This document shows positions 63,330 to 64,000 of a stretch of 64,000 nt of DNA, piece by piece (position 1 is the first letter of the stretch; each line of letters begins with the position of its first letter). The notes beneath the pieces are model-generated. The model saw only the letters and a list, made by a program, of their open reading frames with translations. It did no database searches and was not told where the DNA came from. The translations under genes were made by a program, and so were the position numbers. This DNA comes from Octopus vulgaris. Its lineage: Eukaryota. The stretch spans positions 32,178,001-32,242,000 of the forward strand of contig OX597823.1 in NCBI GenBank assembly GCA_951406725.2. Reading direction: 5' to 3'.

Positions 63330-64000
63330 TTGAATGACAAGATGGTCAAGGCTTGAGTGCTTTGTGTAATAGGTCTACTCAGTCAGAATGGACTGTGATG
63401 TCAATGGTCAAGGGACCTGACTGGAACAGGAAAGGTGAGTGAAGAAGTAAGGGAAGGAAAACCAGGGTCGTCCTCTTTTGCCTTAGGGCACTCACAGCAA
63501 ACAGCATGCAGCTACATCAAGAAACAAGAAGAAGGGGCAAACAGGAGAGACAAAGTGGGAGAGGGGATGGTGGCAATGATGTGGGAGATCCTAAAGAGGA
63601 TAAGAGCAGAAGAACCAGTAAGAGGGAACTGGTACATACCCAAATCGGAGAATGGGACTGTATGGTGCAATACTAGCAGCATAGCAATAGGGGCTGTATT
63701 GGAAATCAGTGGAGGATGCAGCCTGGTTTCAAAAAGCAGATGATTACAACCACATCAACATGGCTGAGTTGGATGCAGTGCTGAAATGGATAAGCTTGAC
63801 CCTGAAATGGGGGCTTGTACTCCATCAAAATCCGAACTGATTCAGTCACCGTGCTTGAGTGGGTAGGATCAATGATCACTGACGAAAAGAGGGTTTGAAC
63901 CAAAGAGACAGCAGAAATGTTAGTAAAGTGCTGCCTAAGGTTTCTAGGAGAGCTAGCTACTGAATTAGGTTTGAAGCTGAGCGTGGTCTTTGTGTCTTCA
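63330..64000 (+). mobile_element. LTR retrotransposon (Ty3/Gypsy-like) pol remnant, RNase H domain
   Basis: VWCNTSSIAIGAVLEI (compare WCDASS), EDAAW..KADDYNHINMAELDAVL and IRTDSVTVLEW, the D-E-D RNase H motifs with frameshifts. Runs off the window end. Confidence 0.7.

Overview
AT-rich, repeat-dense eukaryotic DNA. The SINE/LINE repertoire and microsatellite load point to an octopus (coleoid cephalopod) genome; this is an inference, not a database result. Two spliced protein-coding genes converge tail-to-tail. The last three coding exons of DPH2 lie on + (2229-10357). A complete 7-exon RIMOC1/C5orf51 orthologue lies on - (23992-11177, 276 aa), reconstructed by hand with consistent GT-AG sites and phases. 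The rest is mostly decayed mobile DNA: two abundant tRNA-derived SINE families; RTE, R4/Dong, CR1, Tx1 and Penelope-like (PLE) fragments; pogo/Tigger, Tc1-mariner, hAT-MITE and Helentron-like remnants; and a Gypsy RNase H fragment. The three most notable observations: (1) several unrelated 'long hairpin + one-sided tail + 10-14 bp direct repeat' insertions, one of which is a tRNA-headed SINE carrying a PLE-type minimal hammerhead ribozyme (a candidate Penelope-mobilised SINE/retrozyme system); (2) a locally templated 30-nt perfect antisense copy of the RIMOC1 exon 6 acceptor and 5' end in the downstream intron (candidate ADAR editing-complementary or splicing element); (3) an RTE LINE with a three-C2H2-finger tail. 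No prokaryotic features such as CRISPR arrays or operons were seen. Repeat boundaries are approximate.
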